A DNA stretch of 31,915 nt from a virus. Lineage: Duplodnaviria; Caudoviricetes. Below are positions 30,280 through 31,915 of this stretch, piece by piece. Within the stretch, counting starts at the first letter, position 1, and every line of letters begins with the position of its first letter. Below the pieces are notes generated by a model. That model was not told the origin of the DNA. It ran no database searches and worked only from the letters and a program-made list of their open reading frames with translations. The stretch is taken from positions 1 through 31,915 of IMG/VR virus record IMGVR_UViG_3300008255_000321; one strand, 5' to 3'. A program made the position numbers and the translations under genes.

Positions 30280-31915
30280 CCCAGCCCTTTATCGGAAATC
30301 CCCTGCCAGGAACTTCAATTGATACCTCTACACCCAGATAAACAACCCACGGCACCCAGGAAAGCTCTACACGGTAAATTTTTGCGTCAAACCCCACTAA
30401 CTGCCAGACACGGGGCATTTGTACCCCCGTCGCGTTACTGAATAGATAGATTTGCGCTCCATCTGAGGTTATGAACTCTTTATTTGATGGCACGTCGAAC
30501 GTGTCACCTAACTCAAAAAACGGCACTAAATCATCCGGGTTCCCAACCACGGCTGCTCCGCCCCACTCGGCGTTATAAAAATAGACTCGCTTAAAGTCAT
30601 TGATTTGTCCGGTAGTACCCGCAAGTACGTCGTTATCCGGCGTGCGGTTTTTAAATGATTGAAACCCAATTCCCGATCGCTCTGTACGCCGGGCCAAAAA
30701 CTGTTGACGCAGGGCAACCCTCTCCCCCTGGTACGCGGCCACTGACGGCGGCGTAACCAGGTCACCGCCGACGATATCCAACGCCAGCTTTTCGCCTTTG
30801 CTATACAAAATACAGGAGAGGCCCACCGCCAGGTCGTTGGCTAGCGGGAATACGTCGCCCGAATCCCCAGGGTCAACATGCGCCCCCGCGTCTGCACCCC
30901 TTGGATCGTTTGGGTCTCGCCCCCCGGCCCCCGGCCACGCGGCTAGATAGGAATCTGTAATAGAGGCGTCCAGGTCGGCAACCGGTATTGCCGCGTAAGA
31001 GGTCAACAGCACCCGCATCACGCCGCTGGCGGTAATTACCTGGTCCGCTTCTGTGGCTCCGATCACCCTCCAGGTTTGATACGTTACCTGTCCAACAGGG
31101 GCGGCGGCTAATGTAAACGTCTGATCTCCGTTATCAGTAAACCCGACGCTCACGCCCTTGTCATAGACAGTTTGTAACGTCGCTTCATTTGATTTTGGCG
31201 ACATCTTGTAGCCGTCGGCGGCAGAAATATATTTATTGGTGCCTATCGTTACCGGACGCTCCGGCACGCGGTTTATCGGCACGTTCATCGCGCCTGTGTA
31301 ACCAGCCAGCGATAACGCAACCGTGTCGACGCCGAACGTCGCACCACGAATGACCCCCTTAACTGCCCGAAAATCCGCCCTGTCCCATCCCGGGTCACCC
31401 ACCAGCAGTGTAAATTGTTGATCGGCCAGGGTTGCCCACCGCAGAAAATCCAGTTGCCCGTCTGCGTTATTTAATATTACGCCTGTAACTTCTTCCACCG
31501 CTGCGCCAAACGGCGGAGATTCCAGCCTCTGCGTGAATGTCGGAATTTCTAACAATCGCTCGTCATAGGCGGTGTTCGCCGGCGTGTCAGCGACGCCAGA
31601 AACAAACCCCCCCAGGGAGTAATATTCTGTTTTGGGTGGCTGGTCAGACTTATACGCCCACAGCGTGTTGTATTCCCGATAATCTGCATAGACAACCTTA
31701 TCGCTCATTTTCCCGGTTAACAGGTCCAGATACCGCAGGTACATATCTACATCACCGGAACTAGCCGCGTTTTGCGTCTGGACGGTGGGATAGGGGATAG
31801 CTGCCCAACATACCAGACTCGCTGGAGTGTTTGCGGTGCCCGCTTTAGCTCTGTCGGCCGCATTCAATGCAGCGTCGTACACCTGCAGACCTGTCATTTG
31901 TAGCGGACGGCTCAA
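30221..31915 (-). CDS. Tail-tip/hub-like protein, probably 5'-partial
   Basis: Open to the window edge; YDERLLEIP, ILNNADGQLD, LLVGDP.W, PVTIG, VYDKGV motifs. Confidence 0.65.
   Translation of the reverse strand: MSRPLQMTGLQVYDAALNAADRAKAGTANTPASLVCWAAIPYPTVQTQNAASSGDVDMYLRYLDLLTGKMSDKVVYADYREYNTLWAYKSDQPPKTEYYSLGGFVSGVADTPANTAYDERLLEIPTFTQRLESPPFGAAVEEVTGVILNNADGQLDFLRWATLADQQFTLLVGDPGWDRADFRAVKGVIRGATFGVDTVALSLAGYTGAMNVPINRVPERPVTIGTNKYISAADGYKMSPKSNEATLQTVYDKGVSVGFTDNGDQTFTLAAAPVGQVTYQTWRVIGATEADQVITASGVMRVLLTSYAAIPVADLDASITDSYLAAWPGAGGRDPNDPRGADAGAHVDPGDSGDVFPLANDLAVGLSCILYSKGEKLALDIVGGDLVTPPSVAAYQGERVALRQQFLARRTERSGIGFQSFKNRTPDNDVLAGTTGQINDFKRVYFYNAEWGGAAVVGNPDDLVPFFELGDTFDVPSNKEFITSDGAQIYLFSNATGVQMPRVWQLVGFDAKIYRVELSWVPWVVYLGVEVSIEVPGRGFPIKGWVVGKSAGATNYLDVWTVAY

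Overview
The whole window is temperate tailed-phage DNA (probably a long non-contractile-tail phage of a GC-rich proteobacterium); no host housekeeping gene is visible. Almost all genes are on the minus strand. Reading from 31915 down: tail-tip genes; a divergent pair of Arc/Mnt-type ribbon-helix-helix regulators with operator-like repeats; a CII-like gene; a short FimB/FimE-sized tyrosine recombinase; small early genes; a 929-aa primase-helicase; a C5 cytosine methyltransferase; a patch of eroded accessory genes; a 362-bp dyad-symmetric non-coding element; a full-length tyrosine recombinase; a large serine recombinase coupled to a terminase small subunit candidate; terminase large subunit, portal, a secreted nuclease-like protein, minor head protein and a Com-like Zn ribbon; a fused Mu-gpI-like protease/scaffold/capsid gene; endolysin and fibre-like genes; head-tail adaptor, 3-TM holin and tail-completion genes. 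The most striking non-gene signals are (i) the symmetric 362-bp element with 14-bp terminal inverted repeats and IHF-like sites placed exactly 16 bp inside each end, (ii) two near-identical promoter-hairpin-U-tract leaders in front of the capsid and holin genes, (iii) three different recombinases, with candidate core sites and a tRNA-3'-end-like sequence inside the serine recombinase gene, and (iv) a CI/Cro-like switch built from two RHH proteins. All family assignments come from motif recognition by eye, not from database searches.
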